A stretch of DNA of 64,000 nt, from the NCBI GenBank assembly GCA_964620965.1, contig CAZUHV010000001.1:85839-149838 (forward strand). Reading direction: 5' to 3'. The notes beneath the pieces were generated by a model, which was given only the letters and a program-made list of their open reading frames with translations, did not search any database and was not told the DNA's origin. The number at the start of each line of letters is the position of its first letter. Within the stretch, counting starts at the first letter, position 1. This DNA comes from an uncultured Pseudomonadales bacterium (GTDB lineage: Bacteria; Patescibacteriota; Microgenomatia; UBA1400; PJMF01). The position numbers and the translations under genes were made by a program. Positions 19,606 through 29,280 of the stretch are shown piece by piece.

Positions 19606-20978
19606 TAGTTGCCTCCTTTCAAGAATAAACGCATTAACGTTCTAGTAACGAGAACTCCTGTAAAGAGCGATAGTAAGACTCCAATTAATAACGTAATACC
19701 AAAGCCTCTTACCATTCCTCCGCTATTAAGGAACGAGAACTCCATTGGGTTTATTAGAATTAATGAAGTAATAATTGTTGCCAAATTGGCATCTTTAATA
19801 CTATCCCATGCACGACCAAAGCCAAGCTCTAAAGCAACATTGAATGGCTTATTAAGTCGCAACTCCTCTTTCATTCTTTCAAAAATTAAAATGTTAGCGT
19901 CAACAGCCATACCTACAGACAATAATAATCCAGCAATACCTGGCAAAGTAAGTGTTACCCCAATTACTTTATACACAGCAATTGTGAGGACTGCATAAAT
20001 CATAAGTGCAATACTCGCAATAAAACCCTTAGTTCCATAGTACAAAATCATAAATAACATGACTAAAGCTATTCCAACAACTCCTGCAAACATGCTTTTT
20101 TCCACAGACTCTTTTCCAAGAGTTGCATTTACATTTCTTTGTTCCAAAACTTTAATTGGCACTGGTAATGCTCCTGCATTCAGTTGAATCTTCAAATTTT
20201 GGGCTTCTTCATAGGTAAATCCACCAGTAATAGTTGCTTGACCGGTAACAATTGCATCTTGAATTGTTGGAGCCATAATTGGGTATCCGTCAATCAAAAT
20301 GGCAAGCTGTTCCCCGACATGTTGTGTTGTGATATCTGCAAATAACTGTCTTCCTTCATCATTAAACTCTATAGCAACTAAAGGTTCACCTGTATTTTGA
20401 TCTGATTGAACAACAGCTCTTTTTAGCTGTGCACCAGATAAACCTGTTGGAACTAAAACTGCTTGCGCCGCTGATGTAGCCTCTTGATCACCTTCTGCAG
20501 GTATCTCAATCTGTTCTATACCGACAAGTTGAAACTCAAGCTGAGCAGTTTGTCCGACTAACAATAATGCATCTTCAGGATTATCAATACCAGGAAGCTC
20601 TACAACAATCCTATACCCACCGTCTTTTACTAAAGTTTTAACTGTTGGTTCTGCTAATCCATATAAATCAACGCGCCTCAAAATAATTTCTCGAGCAGAA
20701 GCCAAAGCTTCTTCTCTATCTTCTTGCGCAATAGCACTCATATCAGCTTCTAAAACAATCTGAATTCCACCTTGAATGTCTAGTCCACGCTTCAGCTCGA
20801 ATTCTTTATGATAGTTTTTGCCAAACAAGTCAAAGTTAATTACAGGACTGCGCAATGTATATGAAACATCCATATTAAACAACGAAAAAGAAAGAGGTAA
20901 TTCTTTTGGCAAGGCAATAAGTCCTGCAACAACTACCAAAACCACTATAAGAAAAAAACGATTGAGATGCTTTTTCAT
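19605..20978 (-). CDS. secD: protein translocase subunit SecD
   Basis: N-terminal TM, a large periplasmic domain, and C-terminal conserved SecD TM helices (IALMIYAVLTIAVYKVIGVTLTLPGIAGLLLSVGMAVDANILIFER). The stop overlaps the secF start. Confidence 0.85.
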   Translation of the reverse strand: MKKHLNRFFLIVVLVVVAGLIALPKELPLSFSLFNMDVSYTLRSPVINFDLFGKNYHKEFELKRGLDIQGGIQIVLEADMSAIAQEDREEALASAREIILRRVDLYGLAEPTVKTLVKDGGYRIVVELPGIDNPEDALLLVGQTAQLEFQLVGIEQIEIPAEGDQEATSAAQAVLVPTGLSGAQLKRAVVQSDQNTGEPLVAIEFNDEGRQLFADITTQHVGEQLAILIDGYPIMAPTIQDAIVTGQATITGGFTYEEAQNLKIQLNAGALPVPIKVLEQRNVNATLGKESVEKSMFAGVVGIALVMLFMILYYGTKGFIASIALMIYAVLTIAVYKVIGVTLTLPGIAGLLLSVGMAVDANILIFERMKEELRLNKPFNVALELGFGRAWDSIKDANLATIITSLILINPMEFSFLNSGGMVRGFGITLLIGVLLSLFTGVLVTRTLMRLFLKGGN

Positions 20979-20996
20979 CTTAAATAAACCTTCTCT

Positions 20997-21596
20997 CTAA
21001 AGTCCAGGCAGATTCTTTTCAACAAACTCTTCTTCACTTCCAATGATCATGACACGACTTCCATACAAAACATCCATGATAAATGGGTCACGGCGTGTTT
21101 TTCTAAAATCAAACTCATCATCACTAAAAACCGCATAGTTAATTTCACGTTCAAGTCGTTTTTCCTCTTGTTTGACGAGGTCTTCAAGTTCTGGTAAAAC
21201 AATATCTCCAACAACAAGAAGATCGAGCTCATTGTGTCTTGGAGGTAAACCTTTAATAAATCGGGCAGAAAACATCACAAATGAAACAGTTCCAAGTTTT
21301 CTTCTTGCTTTTCTAATCTTATTTCCTAAACCTGTGCTTTTTGCAACCATTTGCTGGAGTTCTTGGAAAAATAGGTATTTTGTATTTAAAGAATAATAGA
21401 GTCTATTTCCTCTTTGCTCACTCTTTAAAATTCCAGCAGCAAGCATTCTGTCAAGCTCTCGACGAACAGCATTTATTTCTTCTTTAACTTCTCTAGTTAT
21501 TTCACGAACATAATACATTTCATTTTGGTTGTTAAAAAATAGCTCAACCATCTTGACGCGAACCTTAGAGATCATGAAGTCTTTTAAGCTATTCAT
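20997..21596 (-). CDS. hypothetical protein with N-terminal winged-helix and C-terminal nucleotidyltransferase-like region
   Basis: wHTH-like YVREITREVK...LYYSL. C-terminal DLLVVGD pattern as in minimal NTases. Weak call. Confidence 0.3.
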   Translation of the reverse strand: MNSLKDFMISKVRVKMVELFFNNQNEMYYVREITREVKEEINAVRRELDRMLAAGILKSEQRGNRLYYSLNTKYLFFQELQQMVAKSTGLGNKIRKARRKLGTVSFVMFSARFIKGLPPRHNELDLLVVGDIVLPELEDLVKQEEKRLEREINYAVFSDDEFDFRKTRRDPFIMDVLYGSRVMIIGSEEEFVEKNLPGL

Positions 21597-21600
21597 AGTT

Positions 21601-22827
21601 TTAGTATGTTACCTCTGTATCCGTATCTACTACTGAGATCCAAGTTAATCCTCTTGCAAACTTAATCTCTTCACCTTTTCTGTCTGTAAAGGTGAGCTCA
21701 GATTCTCTCGTTTTCTTGGTCCAAGTTGCTTTTACCACATCTCCATTCATGAAAACAAGTGCATTTCCTGTACCAGTAGTTGTATACAACATATGTTTTA
21801 ACTCATCAATAGGACCTTTTTCTGTTGTTAAGAGCACAATCACATTTGAAGCCTCGATTTGTTTGTCGTTATTTAAGTCTAAATGTGGTTCTCCAGCCAT
21901 TACACGTTTGTATGTGTTTGCTTCTGGAACATATTGCCACTCAACACCATACTCGCTCCACCCATCCCAAAATTCATAACTAATATTTGTTGTTGTACCA
22001 ACAGTTGGAACTGCATCTTGGAATGACCATCCCTTATAGGTTTCATTCCAGTCATCTCCACCAACAGTCGTTCGACCAATTTTTCTTTCTGGAGCAATAT
22101 TTGTCCAATCTCTATCTTCTGCTACTTCCCAAAGTAATTCTGTTGTTGTTTCCATTGTGTGTTCTGTTGCAACATCTCTTCCAACTCTATTTGCATTTCT
22201 TACAAAAGTTGGGTATCCAATAGAAAACTGATTTAAATCGTTTTCTAAATTCCAACCATAACTTGCAAGTTGACCCAATGCATCTGCTGGACCAGGCAAA
22301 TTAGCCCCACCAACGTGAACATAGAGTGGATAGTTGAATCCAGATGCCCAATCAATAAAGTAAGTTCTTGCTGATCTAACTGGAGCAATAACTGTGTCAT
22401 ATCTTTGAACTCCACAGTAGAACATACCCATAAATCTTGTTACCCCACCTTCTGCTAGGGCTTCGAAAACAATATCTGCATCACTTAAACCAGAATGTGG
22501 TCTGGCATCAGGAGAGTTTTCAATCATAACTGCAAGAGGGCGCCTTTTAGCCCATGCTTGCATTTCTGTCTTTGTATACAATTTACCATTCAAAGGACAT
22601 TCTTGATCCTTAGCTTCAGAAGGATCAATTTGTAGAATTTGAGCTAATTTTGTTTGTTCCTCTTCTACTAGATCATCTGTTGTTTTTTTATTTCCGTCTG
22701 AAACCAAGATATCTTGAATGAAGCTTGAGTTCGCAAATGATGAAAACACTGCATAAGAAAGTACTGAGGAAGCTACATATATCCCAAGTGTAAATAATAA
22801 GATTGTTTTATTCATTATTCCTTTCAA
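21601..22827 (-). CDS. hypothetical secreted protein
   Basis: N-terminal signal peptide. No recognised catalytic motif. Confidence 0.4.
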   Translation of the reverse strand: MKGIMNKTILLFTLGIYVASSVLSYAVFSSFANSSFIQDILVSDGNKKTTDDLVEEEQTKLAQILQIDPSEAKDQECPLNGKLYTKTEMQAWAKRRPLAVMIENSPDARPHSGLSDADIVFEALAEGGVTRFMGMFYCGVQRYDTVIAPVRSARTYFIDWASGFNYPLYVHVGGANLPGPADALGQLASYGWNLENDLNQFSIGYPTFVRNANRVGRDVATEHTMETTTELLWEVAEDRDWTNIAPERKIGRTTVGGDDWNETYKGWSFQDAVPTVGTTTNISYEFWDGWSEYGVEWQYVPEANTYKRVMAGEPHLDLNNDKQIEASNVIVLLTTEKGPIDELKHMLYTTTGTGNALVFMNGDVVKATWTKKTRESELTFTDRKGEEIKFARGLTWISVVDTDTEVTY

Positions 22828-22846
22828 AATAAACCGAAGTCACAGT

Positions 22847-23095
22847 CTACCTCATATATATAAATATGGAAAGTAAGACAATAAAGACCAATACCGTAAC
22901 AACTAACGTTTTTAGTAAATCCTTATATAATAATTTTACCTGAGACTGCGTAAAAATTGTAGTTTTAATTTTTTGTTTTGGCTGTTCTAAAACAATTGGC
23001 TCCCTATTTTCAGATACAGAAACAGTTGTTTGAGCAGCTACCTTTACTCTGGAATCTGATTGTTTCTTTTGTTTTTTTGTTTTTTTTCTAGCCAT
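22847..23095 (-). CDS. hypothetical small basic membrane-anchored protein
   Basis: Lys-rich N-terminus and one C-terminal TM. Overlaps the rseP stop by 8 nt, implying translational coupling. Confidence 0.3.
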   Translation of the reverse strand: MARKKTKKQKKQSDSRVKVAAQTTVSVSENREPIVLEQPKQKIKTTIFTQSQVKLLYKDLLKTLVVTVLVFIVLLSIFIYMR

Positions 23096-24215
23096 AAATA
23101 ATCCTCAGTACGTCTTTTATTGTAATCACTACAATAAGCCCAAGTAAAAGTATATACCCACCGTAATTAAAAATGTACTCAATTTTTTTAGTTCGTTTCT
23201 TTGTTAATAAAGACTCCAAGATAACAAAAACTGCTCTTCCACCATCTAACGGAGGAAATGGTAATACATTCATCACCGCTAGATTGATAGAAAGCATTCC
23301 TGTGAATGATAATACTGTTACCCAACCTTCTTCAAAAATTCCTGTGCTTTGGGCCTGATGTACAATCCCAATTGGACCTGCAACATCTTGAGGGATTTTG
23401 CCTCTAGTAAAAAGATCTGTCAAAATTCCACTAAAAGCTTGCACAATCTGCCAACCAAGTAAGAATGCTTGTTCAATACCATACACAGCACTTCGTAGTG
23501 GCATTTCTAGTGGTGGATAGAATGCAAAAACTACTGAATCAAATGCAATTCCCATTGCACCTTCATTTTCTGGGGTTTCTGCTTCTGTTCTCACATAAAT
23601 TTGATATTCATGCTTTTCATCAAGACATATTTTTTGTTCGCAAGCACCTGTTGTTACCAGAGTAACTGTTTCTCCTCTGTACTCATAAACAGCATTAATT
23701 ACTTCTTCTGGAGTAGATACGACAAATTCTTCTTCTCCATGTTTAATTGCAGTTATATTCACGTTTGTTGGTAGACCTGCTTGAGCTGCTGGAGAATTTT
23801 CAACAATAATACCAACCCTTGCTTCTGTAATTTGTTCTGGGATTCCCATTTTCGAAAAAATAATTGTAAAAGCTATCACTCCAAAAACAAAATTAACTGT
23901 TGCTCCTGCAAGAATAATCACTAACTTTTGATAGGTTGTTGCCTGATAAAACTGTCCAGTTTTATGCGCTTTTTTTTCCTTATCTTCAGTTTCTTCAGCA
24001 GGTTCTTCACCTTGCATTCGAACAAATCCACCAAAAGGAATCCAGTTTATTGTAAAATCTGTCCCTTTCCATCTAAAAAGCTTAAGTGCTTTTGGAGGAT
24101 ATCCCAAACCAAATTCATCTGCTTTTACTTTTGCCCACTTCGCTGCAAAAAAATGCCCAAGCTCATGGATAATTACAAGAAATGAAAGAATTAAAATGAA
24201 AACAAGTGCGCTCAT
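23088..24215 (-). CDS. rseP: RIP metalloprotease RseP (site-2 protease, M50, with PDZ)
   Basis: HELGHFFAAK zinc motif and a C-terminal LDGG motif (PFPPLDGGRAV). Confidence 0.85.
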   Translation of the reverse strand: MSALVFILILSFLVIIHELGHFFAAKWAKVKADEFGLGYPPKALKLFRWKGTDFTINWIPFGGFVRMQGEEPAEETEDKEKKAHKTGQFYQATTYQKLVIILAGATVNFVFGVIAFTIIFSKMGIPEQITEARVGIIVENSPAAQAGLPTNVNITAIKHGEEEFVVSTPEEVINAVYEYRGETVTLVTTGACEQKICLDEKHEYQIYVRTEAETPENEGAMGIAFDSVVFAFYPPLEMPLRSAVYGIEQAFLLGWQIVQAFSGILTDLFTRGKIPQDVAGPIGIVHQAQSTGIFEEGWVTVLSFTGMLSINLAVMNVLPFPPLDGGRAVFVILESLLTKKRTKKIEYIFNYGGYILLLGLIVVITIKDVLRIIYG

Positions 24216-24236
24216 AAGTGTACCTAAAACCGTATT

Positions 24237-24791
24237 TTATATAGTTAATAAATCTTTTTCTTTTTTAGCAGAAATCTCATCTAGCTTGGTCATGTATTCT
24301 TTTAAAATTTCATCCAAATTGTGTAGATCTGCTTTGATGTCATCTTCACTCACGCCCTCTGAACCTTTTTGAGCTTCAATATCTCTCTTGCCATCGGCTC
24401 TAATGCTACGAAGCATAACCCTGCCATTTTCAATCTTTTTTTGAAGAACTTTAACCATTTCTCTTCTTTTTTCTTCTGTGAGAGGAGCAATCTTTATTCT
24501 AATAATGTCTCCATCAACAACAGGATTTAAGTTAAGGTCCGCAGTTGCAATAGCGCGCTCAATATTTGCAAGAATTGATTTATCCCAAGGGCTTACTGTG
24601 AGCAATGTTGCATCTGGAGCCTGAACAGTTGCAAGTTCTGCAATTCTCATTCTCGTTCCATATGCTTCAACCATAACAGGGTCAAGTAATTGCACAGTTG
24701 CTTTTCCTGTTCTTAATGATGAGATATCTCTGGTAACGTGGTCAACTGCTTTCTCAAGCTTTTCTCTGACCTCTGAAAAATTAAATGCCAT
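24237..24791 (-). CDS. frr: ribosome recycling factor
   Basis: 184 aa. Characteristic RRF sequence, including VRTGRA-like LRTGKAT and the RIKIAPLTEEKRREMVK helix. Confidence 0.9.
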   Translation of the reverse strand: MAFNFSEVREKLEKAVDHVTRDISSLRTGKATVQLLDPVMVEAYGTRMRIAELATVQAPDATLLTVSPWDKSILANIERAIATADLNLNPVVDGDIIRIKIAPLTEEKRREMVKVLQKKIENGRVMLRSIRADGKRDIEAQKGSEGVSEDDIKADLHNLDEILKEYMTKLDEISAKKEKDLLTI

Positions 24792-24893
24792 ATTAGCTTT
24801 CTAAGTAAAAACTTTTTGTTTTTCTAACAAGTCCTTATTGTAACAAAATTTGTATCCGGATGGTAGAAGCGATATACTACAATACATAAAGCT

Positions 24894-25745
24894 ATGAATA
24901 TAAAAACATTTTTCAACACAATACAACAACCTTTTGTAAATTTTGATTACTATAAAAAGTCGATTCATACTCCAATTTCCCAAGCACTCTTAACTTTTTT
25001 CGGATTTTTATTTTTAATGGCCACAATTTCTGGATTTTATTTCGTAAAGACTCAGTTACCTGGAATGGTGAGCTCTACAGAATCTGTAATTACAGAAGCA
25101 CAAACTCATTACCCAGAAGATTTAGAGATTAAGTGGGATGGGACTGAGTTGGATGCAAATAGAGAAACTTTTGAAATCTATTGGCCAAATAACCTCAATG
25201 AACAAAGCCCAACTATCCCAAAGAAATTAGTACTTTTTAAAAATTCCCAAGAAACTCCAGATGAATTAGGCATTGATACTCACGAATATTTATTTTTTAT
25301 AAATAAATCGAGTATGTACCACGTCTCGGAAGAAGAAAATCAAGTCTGGGTACAACAAAATCTTTCTGAACTTTCGGAAGCTGATATGCCATTTACACTT
25401 ACCAAAGAAGTTGTGAATACTACTGCAGAACAAGTGCTTAATTTAATAGAAACAAAGTACAAAAATATAGAGCTTGGAGCTTTTCTTATTTTGGCACTTC
25501 TATTTGTGAGTAGCAAAATTTGGTTTTTAGCTATCGAAACCTTGTTTGTGATCTTGGTGTTCAAACTATATTCCATTGCAATTTCAACAAAGCAAACACT
25601 TTCATTAACGCTACACGTTATGATTCCAACAGTTGTAGTAAACACAATTGCAGAGTTACTCTATGGAAATATCACAATTCCACTACAAACAATTACCTTT
25701 TGGATTTTGATTATTATAATCAGTTTCCAATTGAAGAAAAAATAA
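24894..25745 (+). CDS. hypothetical membrane protein
   Basis: Several TM helices. Promoter-like TTGTAT-17-TATACT upstream. Confidence 0.4.
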   Translation: MNIKTFFNTIQQPFVNFDYYKKSIHTPISQALLTFFGFLFLMATISGFYFVKTQLPGMVSSTESVITEAQTHYPEDLEIKWDGTELDANRETFEIYWPNNLNEQSPTIPKKLVLFKNSQETPDELGIDTHEYLFFINKSSMYHVSEEENQVWVQQNLSELSEADMPFTLTKEVVNTTAEQVLNLIETKYKNIELGAFLILALLFVSSKIWFLAIETLFVILVFKLYSIAISTKQTLSLTLHVMIPTVVVNTIAELLYGNITIPLQTITFWILIIIISFQLKKK

Positions 25746-25766
25746 TAATTTTGAAAAAAAGGCAGT

Positions 25767-25797
25767 AAAAAGGGGCGTTATTACTAACGCCCCTTTT
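25767..25797. terminator. bidirectional rho-independent terminator
   Basis: Perfect 9-bp stem GGGGCGTTA/TAACGCCCC with a 4-nt loop, flanked by an A-run upstream and a T4 run downstream, between convergent genes. Confidence 0.7.
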
Positions 25798-25842
25798 CAC
25801 ATTATGCTACAAAAATTTTGAAACTAACGGCCGCGCTTAGGA

Positions 25843-26457
25843 TTATCCTTCGTCTTGCATCGTCATCTCTTCGGAGAGCAAAACGGTAGGGTCTTCCTTG
25901 AAAAGGTCTGCGGCGAATTCAGCCTGGACTTTGTCGGCCTCGGCCTGCGCCAGCAATTCTGCCAGATTGGCAACGGCCGTGCCGCGCTCAACGGTTTCAG
26001 CGCCGAGCAGTTTCCGCAGGTCTTCCAACGACATCCCAGTCAGGCCAGTGAGCCAGCCCAAACCAATCTTGAGTTTCTTCAACTCGCGCTGGGTAGAGCG
26101 AAGCTGTTGTTTGGCTTCCTTGAGTTCATCCGCCAGATCAACGTATTCCGGAATGTCTGCCAAAAAGTCCTGGCGGGTGTAGGTACCCTCAGGCAATTTG
26201 CGGCGGCCGCCTTCAACAGGCAGGCTCTCGGCGACATCCAGGAAAAAGTCAATCAAATCGGTCGCAGGCACTTTTTCCTCAATCACTTGGGAAATCTGGG
26301 GCCAAATCTCGCGCAAGGATTCATCATCCAGGCTGGAGAGATAGGTCACAGTGGCGTTGCGGGCCTCATTCGTCGGCAACATCAACAGCGCCCGGCGTTG
26401 AACCGAAAGAAGGATTTCGTCGCGCATATTGCGGGAGGTAGGAGTCTGATCGTTCAT
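25843..26457 (-). CDS. hypothetical acidic coiled-coil protein encoded in a GC-rich foreign island
   Basis: 204-aa ORF with G/C-ending codon usage (CGC, CTG, GCC, GGC), in sharp contrast to all neighbouring genes. The plus-strand ORF 25855..26502 is its mirror-frame shadow. Confidence 0.5.
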   Translation of the reverse strand: MNDQTPTSRNMRDEILLSVQRRALLMLPTNEARNATVTYLSSLDDESLREIWPQISQVIEEKVPATDLIDFFLDVAESLPVEGGRRKLPEGTYTRQDFLADIPEYVDLADELKEAKQQLRSTQRELKKLKIGLGWLTGLTGMSLEDLRKLLGAETVERGTAVANLAELLAQAEADKVQAEFAADLFKEDPTVLLSEEMTMQDEG

Positions 26458-26976
26458 AGTTTTGTTTCACCTTTGAAAAAATTTGTGTTGGCCAGCGCTT
26501 AAGGGCGACTGGCATTAGTAAGATATTTTGGGCCCGGCATGTTTTTCATGGGCCCGAACAGGATTTGCCCGGCTTTGATCAGAAGCCGAATGGCGTTCTG
26601 TGGCCTTTTTCTAGAATTGGCACACAGAAGCAAAGACCAACTATAATAATTAGTCTCTCTTTCTGCGGGCCAATCCCACGAAGCAAATTCAAATATCTTA
26701 CAAATCCAAAAGGTAAAACAAATATGTTTCTTTTGTAGTAATAATGTGAATGTGCAGTTGCTAATTCTCTTTTTTTGCCGCATTGGCATGCAAGTTAATT
26801 AACAACAAGAATGGTATTCTAACATAAAAATCCTATAGTGTCAATAGTTTAAGTTATTAAGATATCAATTGTTAAAAAATTACACATAAAGCCTGGTAGA
26901 AACAGACTTATAACGTTAAAATAAGGAATATATGAAAATTCCCATAACATTAAAATGAAGAATTATTAAGATAAAA

Positions 26977-27360
26977 TTACTTTACTTTAGGGTCTAAACG
27001 AAGCTCTAAATCAACTGGAGGAAATGCCAAATCTTGCTTAGCAGGGTCTGCAATATCCAAAAGTTCTCGTGAATCTTCTATCCTCTGCTGAATCGGACCA
27101 AGTTCATTTGCAACAACTGGATTCGTATCTTCACCTACTTCTTGAGTTGATCCTCTGCCTCTCATTGCCATAACCAAAACTAACAAAAGAATAATAAAGA
27201 TAAAGCCAATAACACCAATTATTATAAAAAGCTTCTTTCTGCTCTTAGGCTTTTGCTCTAAATCTTCCGGCTTATCTTCTCTATATACAGTCTCGTTTTC
27301 AAAGATCGGCTCTTCAAATGAAAACTGTGTTTGGTTGATTGGTATCTCTTGTTCTGCCAT
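26977..27360 (-). CDS. hypothetical single-pass membrane protein
   Basis: One central TM (LFIIIGVIGFIFIILLLVLVMAM). ATG overlap with the upstream gene. Confidence 0.4.
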   Translation of the reverse strand: MAEQEIPINQTQFSFEEPIFENETVYREDKPEDLEQKPKSRKKLFIIIGVIGFIFIILLLVLVMAMRGRGSTQEVGEDTNPVVANELGPIQQRIEDSRELLDIADPAKQDLAFPPVDLELRLDPKVK

Positions 27361-27363
27361 ATG

Positions 27364-28218
27364 TTACAAACTAAGTAGTTCCTCTAAATGATCTAGTGTT
27401 CTAGAAAGGCGAGCATATACTGGGCTCAGGTCTTCTAAAATCCTCTCGTAAAAACCACGTTTAAAACCGTCTCTTCTTGCTACAAGAAAATCTTCATTTA
27501 ACTTTGCTAAGTCTTGATTCGTTACTTTAAAGTCCTTTTCTACCTCTGCGTATGCTCTTTCACGTTTTGCGGTTACAACAGAACTTGCCTCTTCTGAATC
27601 ATGCTCTTTAATAATATCTGCTTCAATAATTTCTGCTTTATCTTGCACTTCTTGAATTTTTCCAATTCTTATTAAAGAAAGAGTTTTATAAACTAAACTC
27701 TCATACTGAATCGCCACTGGCTCAAAATCATCTGCTAGCAAAGCCATAGCTGGTCTATCCTTTGCGACTTGAACATTCTCTTGGTGAATTTTTAAAAGAT
27801 TAATCATTCCAACCAGCTCTGAGTGTGTTTGCTCTTTGATGTCTAGTTCAATACCATTGGTTTCTACAAGAACCGCGTCAATAAGTTCTGCATAGGTAAT
27901 CATGACTCTCAAGCGATCTGCCATTACAGTTCGTGTTGCATTTACTGCTTCCTCTAGCGCTGCCAAAGTCTGAACCTGCTCATGATTAGTTTTTGCAATA
28001 GAAAAATCCTTCTCAGATTTTCTATATACTTCAACTTGGTCACGATACAAAATACGTAGTTGCCTAATCTTTTCTGTTTCTCTTTCTTTAGTGAAAATCT
28101 GTGTCGTTGCCTCTGAGGTTGCTGTCGCTTCTGCTGTTGCAGTTTCTTGTGCAAAAATTGCAGTACCAAAAAAAGAACCTAAAATAACGAGTAGTAAAGC
28201 AATAAATATTTTTTTCAC
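27364..28218 (-). CDS. hypothetical secreted coiled-coil protein
   Basis: Signal peptide followed by a Glu/Lys-rich helical region. Confidence 0.4.
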   Translation of the reverse strand: MKKIFIALLLVILGSFFGTAIFAQETATAEATATSEATTQIFTKERETEKIRQLRILYRDQVEVYRKSEKDFSIAKTNHEQVQTLAALEEAVNATRTVMADRLRVMITYAELIDAVLVETNGIELDIKEQTHSELVGMINLLKIHQENVQVAKDRPAMALLADDFEPVAIQYESLVYKTLSLIRIGKIQEVQDKAEIIEADIIKEHDSEEASSVVTAKRERAYAEVEKDFKVTNQDLAKLNEDFLVARRDGFKRGFYERILEDLSPVYARLSRTLDHLEELLSL

Positions 28219-28227
28219 AAGTAGTAC

Positions 28228-28950
28228 CTATTTATTAGATGCAAGCTCTCTTTCTCTAGCAAACATGATTGCTTCATGGAGTGACTCAAAAGTACCAGTG
28301 TCAAGCCACTTGCCTTCAACAAACGCAACATCTAATGTTCCTTCTTTTAAGTATACATTATTTAAGTCTGTAATTTCCAACTCACCTCGTGCACTTGGTT
28401 GCAAAGACTTTGCCTTTTGCACAACAGTATTGTCATAAATGTACATACCCGTCACTGCATAATTAGATTTTGGTTCTGCAGGTTTTTCTTCTATTGAAAC
28501 AACCTTGTGATCTGCATCAAACTCAGCAACGCCGAATCTCTCTGGATCTGTCACCTCTTTAATAAAAATACGCCCACCCTTTTGGAAAGATTGAATTGGT
28601 TGTGAAAAATCGTCTTCATATAAGTTATCTCCGAGAATTAAAGTAACGCTGTCATCACCAATGAAGTTTTCTCCAATAATAAATGCTTGGGCTAAACCTT
28701 CTGGCTTATCCTGAATTTCGTAGGTAAACTTACAACCAAACTCTTTACCACTACCAAGTAGTTTCAAAAAATCTCCAGCATGATCTGGAGCAACGATGAT
28801 AAGAATATCCTTAATTCCTGCTTTTAACAAAGTTTCAAGGGGGTAATAAATCATTGGTTTATTATAAATTGGCAGTAACTGCTTGCTTGTAACTTGAGTA
28901 AGAGGTCTTAATCTTGTTCCTGACCCTCCTGCGAGAATAATTCCCTTCAT
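28228..28950 (-). CDS. sugar-phosphate nucleotidyltransferase (short RmlA/GlmU N-terminal-like)
   Basis: [18 protein letters not shown]...KQLLPI motif of glucose-1-phosphate nucleotidyltransferases. Confidence 0.75.
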   Translation of the reverse strand: MKGIILAGGSGTRLRPLTQVTSKQLLPIYNKPMIYYPLETLLKAGIKDILIIVAPDHAGDFLKLLGSGKEFGCKFTYEIQDKPEGLAQAFIIGENFIGDDSVTLILGDNLYEDDFSQPIQSFQKGGRIFIKEVTDPERFGVAEFDADHKVVSIEEKPAEPKSNYAVTGMYIYDNTVVQKAKSLQPSARGELEITDLNNVYLKEGTLDVAFVEGKWLDTGTFESLHEAIMFARERELASNK

Positions 28951-29022
28951 ATTTGACTCCTTTTTTTATTTTTTACCTGTATTTGATCATCATACTTTGT
29001 ATGATAGGTCCTTAGTGTACCA

Positions 29023-29280
29023 CTAGTTCAATAAAAGTAGTAATAGAGAAATGCCCAAAACTGATACTGCTAAATACTCTAAAACCACATGAGAATTAAT
29101 GTGCTTATTAGTCGTATGTACAACAATTCCCCAAATAAAATAGAATATCCCCATTGCAATTGCTACGATTTTTTGTTGAAAATGATCTGGCCAAACATGC
29201 AAGAAAGTTACCACAAATCCAATCAGAACAAAGAATAATACTATATATGCAATTTTATGATTTCGGATATCTTGTATCAT
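29023..29280 (-). CDS. hypothetical small membrane protein
   Basis: Two to three TM helices. Stop overlaps the upstream gene start. Confidence 0.3.
   Translation of the reverse strand: MIQDIRNHKIAYIVLFFVLIGFVVTFLHVWPDHFQQKIVAIAMGIFYFIWGIVVHTTNKHINSHVVLEYLAVSVLGISLLLLLLN

Noticed and set aside
2014-24185. Numerous 60-130-aa ORFs on the strand opposite to long genes (e.g. 2014..2205, 2277..2471, 3605..3991, 6960..7163, 8722..8931, 9519..9713, 12699..12896, 15531..15878, 15986..16282, 19609..19998, 21692..21979, 23928..24185)
   Set aside because: All lie entirely inside well-supported genes on the other strand. They lack ribosome-binding sites and have biased, low-complexity compositions, so they are antisense shadow ORFs.
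25855-26502. 215-aa plus-strand ORF in the GC-rich island
   Set aside because: Mirror-frame shadow of the minus-strand gene. High-GC DNA gives long spurious ORFs on the opposite strand. It has no RBS or start context, and its composition is Arg/Ala/Gly-rich in the way typical of antisense frames.
26499-26789. 96-aa minus-strand ORF upstream of the foreign gene
   Set aside because: Low-complexity, Cys/Trp-rich sequence spanning a compositional boundary. No RBS. Probably non-coding promoter or junction DNA.
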